A DNA stretch of 61,280 nucleotides, taken from the NCBI GenBank assembly GCA_964583985.1, contig CAZOYD010000014.1, positions 1-61,280 of the forward strand, in the 5' to 3' direction. Both the position numbers and the translations under genes were made by a program. The stretch's first letter is position 1; every line of letters starts with the position of its first letter. Below the pieces are notes generated by a model. It made no database searches. It saw only the letters and a program-made list of their open reading frames with translations, and was not told the DNA's origin. Source of the DNA: an uncultured archaeon. Lineage in GTDB: Archaea; Asgardarchaeota; Lokiarchaeia; Sigyniarchaeales; SOKP01. This document shows positions 20,595 to 30,996 of this stretch, piece by piece.

Positions 20595-22001
20595 TCATTT
20601 ATTCTTTTCAAAAACGAAAATCTTTCTTTTTATTACTTGTCCTTTTTTTGCATCGAGGAACGCTCTAACTTGAGATTTTTGGAATTGCAGTCTTTGATTC
20701 GACTTATTAACAATTCGCTCTAAATTCATCATTGGCACTACTTTAAAATTATTACTAACGGCAATTTTTTCAATATCCATGCTTACATCTCCACCATCAA
20801 TAGTACTAATAATTGGTGAGATTATAACTATTCTACCATTCGGTTTTAAAATTATTTCCGCTTCTCTTAATGTATATGAATACAGAGGAATCAATTTGTT
20901 TTGTATCAAATCCATCGCATCTTTATACAACGGGTTAGTTCTGAAAAATGGTCCTAAATCTGGTTCTGTACATATCCCATCGAAAGAATTCTTTTCGAAA
21001 TGCTTTGACAAGTTCACTATCTCAACTGTTTTAATTTGATTCATCAAATTATAAGGTATTTTGTCCTCTAACTCATTATACAACCAGTTCAAGTTTCGAT
21101 AAGTATTATCTACTTTTTTGGAATCCCCATCAGTTCCAAATACTTGAAAATCTTCAACCATGGCAAATAACAATATCGTTCCGTTTCCTACAAAAGGATC
21201 CAGGATTTTTTTAGATTCCCTTTCTTGAAATAGGTTTAAGAAATTAAGCATAATTATTGCTAATTTTGGAGAAATACTACTCTTGAAATCTTTAAATGGA
21301 CGCTCCTCATCAATCTTCTTTTTGAAACTTGGGTCATCACAAGTATAAGTTCTCCCAATATACATTCCTTCTTCAGTAATTCCAAGAAGTATCTCGGCTC
21401 GATCTTCATTAAATAATCCGTACTTTATGAGATTATGAGGGAAAAGCGGATTTAAATTTCCTTTTTGAATGTTTTCTTCAGGATATTGGTAATATAATGA
21501 TTTTTGGGCTCCCATTTTCTCTAGTATATTCATTATTTCTTTATTTAGAAATGGTAATAAATGTTTTACCAATACATTTTTATAATAATCGTCATCATAG
21601 AAATTAGGGTAGATAGAGACAGCAAAAAATAAACTTTCATTTTTAATTCTCTTAAAGATTTTCGGCAAACTATTGCCAATTAATGTCAGAATTTTACTCC
21701 TTGTTTTTTCTACGACTTTAAATTTCTCAATTTGAGAAGGAAACGCTTCCATTAACGTACTTATATCAATAAAATCAAAAACCTTCGATATCTTCTGACA
21801 TCCTCCCAGTAAATATTGTAATTCCATTAAATCATTAATATAATGTTTGTTTTTATGTAATTCGTCAAATTCAACAACAGCGATGTTCGCTGAATAATCA
21901 ACAATTTTACCTTTAAATCTTGAAAAATTTAGAACGTTATCCAACTCTGCTAAGGAAAGTTTAAAATTTGAACCTAAAACAAAAATAAATTTATCCATCA
22001 T
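20595..22001 (-). CDS. Trm11/TrmG10-like SAM-dependent RNA methyltransferase
   Basis: SPKLAIIMLN, ILDPFVGNGTIL, CTEPDLGP. Confidence 0.75.
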   Translation of the reverse strand: MMDKFIFVLGSNFKLSLAELDNVLNFSRFKGKIVDYSANIAVVEFDELHKNKHYINDLMELQYLLGGCQKISKVFDFIDISTLMEAFPSQIEKFKVVEKTRSKILTLIGNSLPKIFKRIKNESLFFAVSIYPNFYDDDYYKNVLVKHLLPFLNKEIMNILEKMGAQKSLYYQYPEENIQKGNLNPLFPHNLIKYGLFNEDRAEILLGITEEGMYIGRTYTCDDPSFKKKIDEERPFKDFKSSISPKLAIIMLNFLNLFQERESKKILDPFVGNGTILLFAMVEDFQVFGTDGDSKKVDNTYRNLNWLYNELEDKIPYNLMNQIKTVEIVNLSKHFEKNSFDGICTEPDLGPFFRTNPLYKDAMDLIQNKLIPLYSYTLREAEIILKPNGRIVIISPIISTIDGGDVSMDIEKIAVSNNFKVVPMMNLERIVNKSNQRLQFQKSQVRAFLDAKKGQVIKRKIFVFEKNK

Positions 22002-22065
22002 CCATCAAAACTAAAAAATTAGAATATTAATTTTAAAGGTACCATCTAATATCTTTTTTTCGACT

Positions 22066-23349
22066 TCATTCAGTACCTAATACAAATTTGATAATTTTTA
22101 TTATATCTGATTTTCGTGCATTATTCGGTAAATGAATATCCTGATCATCACAGAATTGTTTTAACTCTTTCACAGTCAAGTTTGAAAGGTCATCAGGAAG
22201 CTGGTTTATTATATCTTGAGATATGATATTTTCCTTATCTTTAATTTCTCCAACGTAGTCTTCTTCCATTAAAATTGAAGATTCGTATTTTTCTCCTGAT
22301 ATTTCCTCAATTGCACTAATGATATCTTGTAAGTCTTCTTTTTTTCTTTTTGATGAAAACTCTGGAACTTTTTCAGTGATTATTTCATCTGCAGATCCTG
22401 TTTTTGGCTCTATATTTTTGAGTTGGTCTTCTTTCATTTCTTTCATTGATTTTGCATAATTATCTCTTAGGATTTTTAAACTCAGATTTATTAGATTTGA
22501 AATACTTTCCCACCCATCTTTTTCTATAATTGATTTTGCCCAAAGATATAAATCTTGTTGTAAATCAACTGTAATTACATTACCTTCAATATCAATATCT
22601 AAAATTAACCATCGTAAGATATTAGCAATGATAATATCATTATCAAAAGCTTTAAATCCGTATTCTCTTCCAAGACTTGAAAATATTGAAAGGCTACCAA
22701 ATGCTAATACTTTTCCCTTAAAATATTCAACACATACCATAAGTGGAATTTTTGGAGAATCTTCTTCAATCCATATCTCACCATTAAAATAATTACGAAA
22801 GCAATAAAGTCCTCCTCTTATAACTACTTCAGTTCTCACATCTTTCTTATTTTCTTCTAGTTCAAGAATTTCAATTGAGCATGCGTTAGATAAAACGATT
22901 TTTTGAATTTGTTCAGTAATATAATGTGATTTGAACTTATCTAAAATCTGGCGCTTTTGTAAGCTCACATAATTTACGGAATCAGAAACTTCGTCTGCTA
23001 CAAATTTAAAGCCAAATTTTTTTGTAAGATCATTCAAATTAGTACGATTTACATGATCTCCTCCACGAGAACTTACAAGCAATAATGCCCCACCATTTTT
23101 CACGTATTGTTCTAGATTTTCAATTTCTTGAGGTGTAAGGTTTACATTTTTAGGAGATGATATGATAATTAGATCATATTCATTCAGTGTGAATTCTGAA
23201 CCAAAACCTGCTTCTATCTTTCCTAATTTGTAACCCGAAGCAAATAAAAACTGAGTAAACTCAGAATAAGATGATGCTTCTAATGTTAACATGTTATTAT
23301 GGCTATAATCAAGGGCAATTGAGTGTTTCTTTTTCATTTTAAGTACCAA
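22066..23349 (-). CDS. GIFT/DUF4350 (IFT52-like) domain protein with RHH-like and C-terminal SAP/HeH-like domains
   Basis: DYSHN...YDLIIISSP...YVKNGGALL...NLNDLTKKFG...DNDIIIANILRWL; C-terminal LSNLTVKELKQFC...KSDII. Confidence 0.7.
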   Translation of the reverse strand: MVLKMKKKHSIALDYSHNNMLTLEASSYSEFTQFLFASGYKLGKIEAGFGSEFTLNEYDLIIISSPKNVNLTPQEIENLEQYVKNGGALLLVSSRGGDHVNRTNLNDLTKKFGFKFVADEVSDSVNYVSLQKRQILDKFKSHYITEQIQKIVLSNACSIEILELEENKKDVRTEVVIRGGLYCFRNYFNGEIWIEEDSPKIPLMVCVEYFKGKVLAFGSLSIFSSLGREYGFKAFDNDIIIANILRWLILDIDIEGNVITVDLQQDLYLWAKSIIEKDGWESISNLINLSLKILRDNYAKSMKEMKEDQLKNIEPKTGSADEIITEKVPEFSSKRKKEDLQDIISAIEEISGEKYESSILMEEDYVGEIKDKENIISQDIINQLPDDLSNLTVKELKQFCDDQDIHLPNNARKSDIIKIIKFVLGTE

Positions 23350-23485
23350 ATTCTTTTTTTCCTATTCATAGTAACAATAGTCCTATTATTTAAATAACTT
23401 ACATCATGAGAATTTTGGATTTTTTGATTGGATTATTGAATTACAATCATTATCACATTATGTTATAGAAAAAAAAAGAAGTAAA

Positions 23486-24586
23486 TTAAATTTTAATTTT
23501 AATGTTGTATTTGGCTAAAAAAATCGCTATACCTGCTTCTATTAAAATAGGTAAAACTCCAAGAACTAGCATTGTTAAAATGGGAAGAGCCACTAGTACA
23601 TCTCTAAAACCATCTACTAAAAATTGAGCTAATAGACTAAAAACGAGCGCAAAAATGAATAATATTAGTAAATTTTTACCCATTTCACTTAAAACGGGAA
23701 TTTTAAAATTTAGCATCTCAAAACTGTAAAACACCGCAATCAAGAACCCAGAAACCGCAATGGCTAATAATGCTAAGGATGTAGTACAATCGTGATGCTC
23801 TGCAGGTTGAATCCAATCTATAACATAAAATGACATTATAGCAATGGTGGATACTGGTAAAATTCGTTTTTTAAAACCAATTTTTGTATCATTAGGATCC
23901 ATTTTGAACCATTGGGAGAAACAAGTAGCCGCAATAGCTATTGCTGCGTGATTAAATGCATTAAATGGAAATATAATACTACCTCCAGTGAGAGGTCCTT
24001 TATATTCAAATATTCCACTCGCATACAATAGAGAATGAATTACCATAATGGCTATGCTTAAAATCATCCTCTTATCAGCACTTTTTGGCATTAAATAAGT
24101 AGCTAAATAGGCCGCAAATGTGCCTATTGCAAGATTAGCAAATGTACCATACCATAATACCTCATCCCATGGGATAGTTCCATCTGAGATCAATCCTCCT
24201 AAAAGTCCATCATCGATAAAGGCTAAAGCATATAACACTGCTACCCTGATTAAGCCGTGCTTCCAAGCAGCTCCAATTCCTTTTTTTTCTCTTCGACTTG
24301 TGAATGCTAAATACGCGCCAAACCCCATTACAAACATAAATATTTGTTGTCCAATGTCTATTATCGTTATTATGGGAGGATATCCATTATAATATTTATA
24401 TCCATGATTTAATAGCGGTGGACCAATCGGAGGGATTCCTAACCCAAAATTCCCTGATAATTCCCATGTAACTACGGAAATGATCAAGATTACAATAATT
24501 AGTCCTCGAAATTGGTCAAACCATTCATAACGAACGTGTAATGGCTCTTTTCGCTCACTTTTTTGCTCTTTTACTTCTTCTGACAT
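23486..24586 (-). CDS. HGSNAT/DUF1624-like polytopic membrane acyltransferase-family protein
   Basis: N-terminal RYEWFDQFRG motif, FMFVMG, about 10 TM helices. Confidence 0.65.
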   Translation of the reverse strand: MSEEVKEQKSERKEPLHVRYEWFDQFRGLIIVILIISVVTWELSGNFGLGIPPIGPPLLNHGYKYYNGYPPIITIIDIGQQIFMFVMGFGAYLAFTSRREKKGIGAAWKHGLIRVAVLYALAFIDDGLLGGLISDGTIPWDEVLWYGTFANLAIGTFAAYLATYLMPKSADKRMILSIAIMVIHSLLYASGIFEYKGPLTGGSIIFPFNAFNHAAIAIAATCFSQWFKMDPNDTKIGFKKRILPVSTIAIMSFYVIDWIQPAEHHDCTTSLALLAIAVSGFLIAVFYSFEMLNFKIPVLSEMGKNLLILFIFALVFSLLAQFLVDGFRDVLVALPILTMLVLGVLPILIEAGIAIFLAKYNIKIKI

Positions 24587-24746
24587 TTGTTCTCATATGA
24601 ATTTTTTTTAAAGAAAAAAATAGTAAATGAAGATTTATTGTTAATTTATTTAAAAATTACGGTCTTATATCAAGGATAAAAAAAACTTAATATAACAACA
24701 AGACCATTACAGCTTAATCTTACTTTAAAAAAGTCAGTGAAATGAA

Positions 24747-26195
24747 TTGAAGAAACGAGAAATGTTTTCTTTAGTTATTTTTTTGATGCTTATTTTAGTT
24801 ATTATCATGGATAGTGCTATATTACTCCCGAATCAAGTTTTAATAGCTGCAGAATTAAACGTTTATTTCGATTCAATTGGTATTCTTATTGGAACTTATA
24901 CAATCATATATGGTGTATCCATTATCATTTTTGGATATTTAACAGATAAATATCTTCGCAAAAATTTACTCATTCTTTCGGGATTTTTATGGTCAACCTC
25001 GGCATTACTTTACATATTCGTTGAACAATTTTGGCAATTGATGATATTAAGAATTATTGCTGCAATAGCAACTGGAATAACGGCTCCCCTTTCAATCTCA
25101 TATATGGCTGATCTGATATCATCATCATCTCGTTCAAAGTCTTTTGCATTTTGGGGTTTAATCACGACGATTACGAGTTTATTTGCTAGTGGTATTGCAT
25201 TAGCTTTTAATTTAATCGATTTTGATGCGATAACTCAACCCACAATAACTGAAAAGATAAATTTTATTAGAATTAATTTTCCTAATTCCCTATACACTTG
25301 GAAGGTACCATATTTTTACTTGGGTATCACGGCTGTCATTTTGACCATTTTGAACCTCTTTTTAACAATCGAGCCTAAGAGGGGAGTCAAAGAGAAATAT
25401 TTTGAAGATCTCTTATCAGATGAGAATATTCAATATACTTATAGAATAAAATTATCAGATTTAAAATATATTTATAAGAGAAAATCAAATTTTTTTTTAA
25501 CAATGAATTTTTTCGATGTGGTAGCTTCTGGACTCTTGCTCGCATATATTTTCCCCTATATTGAGCTTGACATCGGTATAAATATTATTGATTTGAAAGT
25601 TATTGTTCTTATATTAGTAGCGGTGGTTTTTGGCTTATTAATCGGACAATTTGGATTGGCTCATTGGGGTGATAAAAAAGTTCAAAAAGGAGAACCCAAC
25701 GGAAGAGTAAAAGTTGCAACCATTTGCTCAATCTTAACTCTACCTTTCTTGCTTGTTGCTTTTAGCATGGCTCCTAACGTTCCCTCTCAAACATTTTTCT
25801 TTGGTGCCTTGCATGTCGTTGATGAGATAGGGTTTTGGGTTCTATGGATCATCTTTTCCTCATTTTTAGGAACGGGTCTCGCACTAACAATGGGAATAGG
25901 GCCAAACTGGTACGCCTCTTTATTGGATGTTAATTTTCCAGAAAATCGTGGAACCATGGTAGCAGTCGGATCTTTTATTGACACGATCGGTCGCGCTTTG
26001 GGTGCTTTAATTGGTGGGTTTATAGTTTCTTATACTGAGAGCTTCTCCGCTACAATTTTTTGGTCAACTCTCATATTTGGTATTTTATCGGTTTTTCTTT
26101 GGATACCCCTTTTCTTTACATCTAAAAAAGATTTCACTACCCTCAATGAAGAAATGAAGCAACGCTCAATTCAAATTAAAGAAAAAATAAGATGA
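24747..26195 (+). CDS. MFS transporter
   Basis: GYLTDKYLRK motif A, about 12 TM, PENRG. Confidence 0.9.
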   Translation: MKKREMFSLVIFLMLILVIIMDSAILLPNQVLIAAELNVYFDSIGILIGTYTIIYGVSIIIFGYLTDKYLRKNLLILSGFLWSTSALLYIFVEQFWQLMILRIIAAIATGITAPLSISYMADLISSSSRSKSFAFWGLITTITSLFASGIALAFNLIDFDAITQPTITEKINFIRINFPNSLYTWKVPYFYLGITAVILTILNLFLTIEPKRGVKEKYFEDLLSDENIQYTYRIKLSDLKYIYKRKSNFFLTMNFFDVVASGLLLAYIFPYIELDIGINIIDLKVIVLILVAVVFGLLIGQFGLAHWGDKKVQKGEPNGRVKVATICSILTLPFLLVAFSMAPNVPSQTFFFGALHVVDEIGFWVLWIIFSSFLGTGLALTMGIGPNWYASLLDVNFPENRGTMVAVGSFIDTIGRALGALIGGFIVSYTESFSATIFWSTLIFGILSVFLWIPLFFTSKKDFTTLNEEMKQRSIQIKEKIR

Positions 26196-26248
26196 CTCTT
26201 TTTTTTTTAAAAAAAAGCAATTAAGATTCTTAGCTAGCTCAATTACCA

Positions 26249-27025
26249 TTAAAATTCTTTAATAGAAAGAACTTTCTTTATCCATTTTGGTAAAATAAAG
26301 CCCAAATAAAAAAAGAACATTGATAATGCTAATATTATTCGAATAATTACCAATGTGATTGCATTCATATCTATTAATGCATCAAATATTGCAGATATTC
26401 CAAACAGGAGGAACGCTATAAATAAAAAGTATCCTTTCCAAATTAAAGCTTGATTTTCTTTTAATTTTATAGAAGAAAGGGCGAAATGAATCCCTGTGAC
26501 ACATGCCGTTACAATACTCAAACCTAAAAATACTAATATAAAACCTTTATATTCAATATCCGTAGGATTGCTCACATCATTAATTATCCCTAATAAAAAG
26601 TCAACTGGTGCTCCTGGAGCAAAATATAGAAAATAAAATAAATACAATTCAAAAAACAATGAAATAATTGCATAACTAATAAGAACCAGCTTTTTTCTTT
26701 GTGGTTTTAATGTTGTCATATAGACATTTAACCACGCAATAATTGCGATAGGAATGGTTACATTTCCTAAAAGGACGTAAGTTTGATAGGGCAATACTAC
26801 TCCAGTAATTAACCAATATATAAACCCTAATCCACTTGGATACCACGGAGTTGATGTAAAAACAATACAGATGAAAAAATAAAAAATCAAATTATCTTTG
26901 GTTTTCAAGTATTTCGTTAAAACAATTAAACCAAGGAAAACACTAATAAAGACTGCTATAGCAGCAGTAAGTCCGGATATTATTGCTAATTCACTTATTG
27001 CTTGATAAATCATTTCATTTCTCAC
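26249..27025 (-). CDS. 7-TM membrane protein, hypothetical
   Basis: Seven hydrophobic helices; similar layout to the ORFs at 39344 and 40187. Confidence 0.7.
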   Translation of the reverse strand: MRNEMIYQAISELAIISGLTAAIAVFISVFLGLIVLTKYLKTKDNLIFYFFICIVFTSTPWYPSGLGFIYWLITGVVLPYQTYVLLGNVTIPIAIIAWLNVYMTTLKPQRKKLVLISYAIISLFFELYLFYFLYFAPGAPVDFLLGIINDVSNPTDIEYKGFILVFLGLSIVTACVTGIHFALSSIKLKENQALIWKGYFLFIAFLLFGISAIFDALIDMNAITLVIIRIILALSMFFFYLGFILPKWIKKVLSIKEF

Positions 27026-27118
27026 AATTTCATACCGAATTAATTATAGAGTTATTGATAAAGTTAATAAATCTTCAGTTTTCAGTTATGAAAATACTAA
27101 TAATAATGATTTATGATT

Positions 27119-27991
27119 TTAGATTTTAAAAACGAGAATATCAAGAACGGTATGATAGAGATGTGGTCCGTAACTTTTCACAAACCTTTTTTCTAGCAAT
27201 CGGCATCCAAAGCCTTGCGTTTTCGCAATTGAATCAAAGTCATTGAATAAGTCTATGTACTTATTTTTTTCTGACACTCCTTCATAATGATAAATTGATC
27301 CCTCATCCCGAGCAATTGATAATGCTTCTTTTATAAAATCTTTTGGAGCGGGAAAAATACCCATTATCACTCTATGGGCTCTTAATCCTGAAATACTGAG
27401 TTTTACTACCTCTTCTTTACTATTACCATTAATTGGAATAATTAGATTTTCGAGATGATTGAGTTTAATATTCTTAACTAAATAATTAAATGCGTCTGGA
27501 TTTAATTCAATACTGTAAATTCGACTCGGTTTTGAATGCTTTCCGATCGAAAGGGAGAAATAACCAATTCCCGCAAACATGTCCACAATTATTTCACCTT
27601 CCTTGACTAATGATGCTAAATATCTTCGCTCGGATAAGTTACCTTGGCTAAACATTATCTTAGTGAAATCAAAGCTATAAATGACCTCATGTTCTTTATG
27701 CATAACCATGGAATTGTTTTCCCCCGCTATATATTCCATGCTATTTGGTGTTCTAAACGTTCCTTCTATTTTACCATTATTTAAATAAACAGATTTTATA
27801 CTAGGTAATATCTCCATGCATTTTTGAGCAATTACCTCTTTATTCTTCAAAAGAGCTGGATTTAGCTTAAGGATCATGATTTTTCCTATGGTCTGAAAAC
27901 CTCTTGGAAGTAGATCAAGTTCAACGTCAGTCAATTTCTCCTTTAGACTATCCTTTAGTTTTGCTTTAAAACCCATTATATTGATATCCAA
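27119..27991 (-). CDS. Met-10+ family tRNA modification enzyme (Taw2/TYW2-like; Trm5 not excluded)
   Basis: FSQGNLSER, VDMFAGIGYF, ELNP, HRVIMG, YHY, VKSYGP; the IMG motif fits Taw2 better than the Trm5 MNLP. Confidence 0.8.
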   Translation of the reverse strand: MDINIMGFKAKLKDSLKEKLTDVELDLLPRGFQTIGKIMILKLNPALLKNKEVIAQKCMEILPSIKSVYLNNGKIEGTFRTPNSMEYIAGENNSMVMHKEHEVIYSFDFTKIMFSQGNLSERRYLASLVKEGEIIVDMFAGIGYFSLSIGKHSKPSRIYSIELNPDAFNYLVKNIKLNHLENLIIPINGNSKEEVVKLSISGLRAHRVIMGIFPAPKDFIKEALSIARDEGSIYHYEGVSEKNKYIDLFNDFDSIAKTQGFGCRLLEKRFVKSYGPHLYHTVLDILVFKI

Positions 27992-28118
27992 AAATGTAAG
28001 AAATATTAATAATAATATCTCACTTAGAATCGAGTTAAATTATTATATTATAGTTAATCAATGATAATATATTAAATGAAATTTTTGTAATTAAGAAAAA
28101 GTTAATTACGAAAGGAGT

Positions 28119-29984
28119 ATGAATAAAATGACAAGTTTAGAAGATAAGCAATTCATCGTTAATGAACAAAAAGTATGGTTCACTGGAGGCTATTGGCCGG
28201 AAGGGGTTCCAAAGCAATTGAAAGATGTTGAAGGATTAGAAATCACCCCCATGTGGGAAGGATTCATTAAATCTGCTAATGACTATGGAATCTGGGATAA
28301 TGATATTTGCATCTTTGTATATGGACCTTACATAGAAAAAGTTAAATTAAAAACCTTGTTTGAGTATGCAAAGAAATTCGGCACTTTTTTACACGATCAC
28401 GGCATTAAAAAGGGAGACGTTGTAGCCATAGATCTTCCAAATTCTATTAATTTTGTAGTGGCGTATATGGGATGCATGTATATTGGTGCTATTGCACAAG
28501 GAATCAACCCTACATATAAACCAATGGAATTATTGCATTCTCTAACCATGACCAATGCAAAAGTCCTAGTTCTCATGGATATGCTGTATATAGCTGGTCC
28601 TAGTACCATTCTTCCAAAAACAAGTGTTGAATTATTAATTCCTTCTAACTTTACTGACTTCTTTACTGCTAATGAAGAAACAATTACGGCACTAGGAATT
28701 CCTAATGCAAGAGAAAAAATTCCTAATGAAACGGAAGATTACAAAATATATTGGATGAATGACATAATAAAAAATACGGAACCAAAGGAGATTTCAGTAG
28801 AAATTGATCCTTGGACTGATTCCGCTGTATATTTAATGACGGGAGGCACTACTGGTTTACCTAAAGTTGCAATGCTCAGTCACGCTAATTTAATTTCAAA
28901 CCTTTTTATGATTAAACCTTGGACGAATTTAGAACCTGGAATGATAACTATTGGAAGCATCCCTTTTTTCCATAGTTTTGGGATGACTTGCGTGATGAAT
29001 GGAGCTTTATCCTTAGGTATGGTAATGCTACTCTTTCCAAAACCACCAACTGATGATGTACTTTCTGAAACGATCAATAAATTAGACGCCCCACAAGGAA
29101 TTATGTATACTGGCGTTGAAATGCTCTTTAAAAGGTTGACTGATTATGTTAATGAAGTCGGAGTTGAAGAGTATAAGAAAAAGTATGATTTTTGGAAGAA
29201 ACTGAGGTACGCAACATCCGGTGCTGGACCACTACACGATTATGTGAGGATCCCATTTGAAGAAATTTTTTGCCCTATTCGCGTTGGGTATGGGTTAACT
29301 GAAACATCTCCAGTAACTAGCGTTGCTCCATTTTGGGGCCCAAACAAGACAGGAAAATTAGGATTACCTATAACTGGAGTGGATTGGGCAATATTTGACT
29401 CCGAGAATTTTGATAAGGGGCCAATATCTGATGGTACACCAGAACGAAATAATTTTGGAGTTGAACATACTGGTGAAATTTGTGTCGCAGGACCTCACAT
29501 TATGCTTGGCTATTTAGGAGTTCAAAAGGAACAAGAAGATAATCTTAAGATGTGGGGTGGAAAGCGCTGGCTATTAACGGGAGATATTGGGTTTATGGAT
29601 GAGCATGGATTCTGTGAGATTAGAGATAGAAAGAAATCTTTAATCAAGGTATCTGGTCACTCGGTCTTTCCTAAAGAAGTAGAAGATTACCTAGGACAAC
29701 ATCCTGCCATTGATGAAGCTGCCGTAGCGGGTTTACCTGATGAAAATACTGGTGAGAAAGTAAAGGCCTGGATCACATTAAAACCGGGATTAAAGATTGA
29801 TAGAGACGTTACAATAGATGAGATTAAACAATGGTGCTTAGAAAATATGGCAAAATGGAAAAGTCCTGTTTTAATTGAAGTAGTGCGGAATCTTCCAGTT
29901 AGCATGACAGGTAAAGTTCAACGCCGAGAACTTCAAGAAAAAGATATTTCAAAACTAGAAAGTGGAAAATCAATTAAAGGTTAA
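28119..29984 (+). CDS. Long-chain fatty acid--CoA ligase
   Basis: MTGGTTGLPK, GYGLTETSP, TGDIG, DRKK, TGKV; AGGAG upstream. Confidence 0.92.
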   Translation: MNKMTSLEDKQFIVNEQKVWFTGGYWPEGVPKQLKDVEGLEITPMWEGFIKSANDYGIWDNDICIFVYGPYIEKVKLKTLFEYAKKFGTFLHDHGIKKGDVVAIDLPNSINFVVAYMGCMYIGAIAQGINPTYKPMELLHSLTMTNAKVLVLMDMLYIAGPSTILPKTSVELLIPSNFTDFFTANEETITALGIPNAREKIPNETEDYKIYWMNDIIKNTEPKEISVEIDPWTDSAVYLMTGGTTGLPKVAMLSHANLISNLFMIKPWTNLEPGMITIGSIPFFHSFGMTCVMNGALSLGMVMLLFPKPPTDDVLSETINKLDAPQGIMYTGVEMLFKRLTDYVNEVGVEEYKKKYDFWKKLRYATSGAGPLHDYVRIPFEEIFCPIRVGYGLTETSPVTSVAPFWGPNKTGKLGLPITGVDWAIFDSENFDKGPISDGTPERNNFGVEHTGEICVAGPHIMLGYLGVQKEQEDNLKMWGGKRWLLTGDIGFMDEHGFCEIRDRKKSLIKVSGHSVFPKEVEDYLGQHPAIDEAAVAGLPDENTGEKVKAWITLKPGLKIDRDVTIDEIKQWCLENMAKWKSPVLIEVVRNLPVSMTGKVQRRELQEKDISKLESGKSIKG

Positions 29985-30120
29985 TTTTTCATTTTTTGTG
30001 ATACTTTTTTTCTATTATTTTTTTTTACTAATATTATAATACACGTTTTCATACATCTATGGATAAGAGTTAATTTAAATATGTTCAATCTATTTTATTT
30101 GTAAAAGAATCGGAACTATT

Positions 30121-30990
30121 ATGATTTCTGAAAAAGCGGAAACCAAAATATTAAGACCAGCATGTCCAAAATGTGGTGTCTCTAAAGTTATACCGATACC
30201 AGCTTACGTATTTACTCAAAAAACCTTTGGTTTTATTAAAATCCAAGTTCCTCAGGGTGCTTGTTGTGAAGAACACCAATTCATCGTAATTGCAGATATT
30301 GAAGGTAGGATCATAGGATATGAAGCAATTGATATGTCTGTATCTAAAGAAGAAGAGGAAGAATTACCAGAAATGCAAATGGGATCTGAAATCAAATTTA
30401 CATTGCTGTATTTGATTAATAAACTGGGTTTTAATACTGTTGCTGGATTAATACATGCAAAATTATTTAAATATGATTCTTATCTTATAAAAAGTGGAGA
30501 AGTTGACATAAATTTAACCGATTTGAATGAGTATTTTGATTTATTGATTCCTAACTCTTATAAGAATTCAATCAAAATTGATGTGATTGATTATGATAAA
30601 GATATTTTTCCAAATCCAGGATATTTTTATTCGTTAGTTGCAAATCAGAAAACAAGAGCATTTCTATTTAATCCAAGCAAGCACATTGTCCAAATGCCTT
30701 GGCGCACTAGTGTTTTCTATGAAACAAATATTATTAACTATGCTTTAGAGCGAACAGATCGAGAGGAACAAGTTAAGATAATTCTTGATTCTATTCTAAG
30801 ATTCATTAGTGATTCTGAATTTGCAAAAACAGTTTTAGAAAATGTTAAAAAAATTTCGGAAAAAGATTTTATGAAAACCTTAGATGAGAAATTAGCACTT
30901 ACTACGATAAATAAATATCGGATGACTTTAATTATGGAATTCTTAAGGAGAAGAGTGTCTGCTGATTTACTTAAAAAGATAAAAAAATAA
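30121..30990 (+). CDS. Hypothetical protein with N-terminal Zn-binding motif
   Basis: CPKC...CCEEHQF. Confidence 0.65.
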   Translation: MISEKAETKILRPACPKCGVSKVIPIPAYVFTQKTFGFIKIQVPQGACCEEHQFIVIADIEGRIIGYEAIDMSVSKEEEEELPEMQMGSEIKFTLLYLINKLGFNTVAGLIHAKLFKYDSYLIKSGEVDINLTDLNEYFDLLIPNSYKNSIKIDVIDYDKDIFPNPGYFYSLVANQKTRAFLFNPSKHIVQMPWRTSVFYETNIINYALERTDREEQVKIILDSILRFISDSEFAKTVLENVKKISEKDFMKTLDEKLALTTINKYRMTLIMEFLRRRVSADLLKKIKK

Positions 30991-30996
30991 GATATT

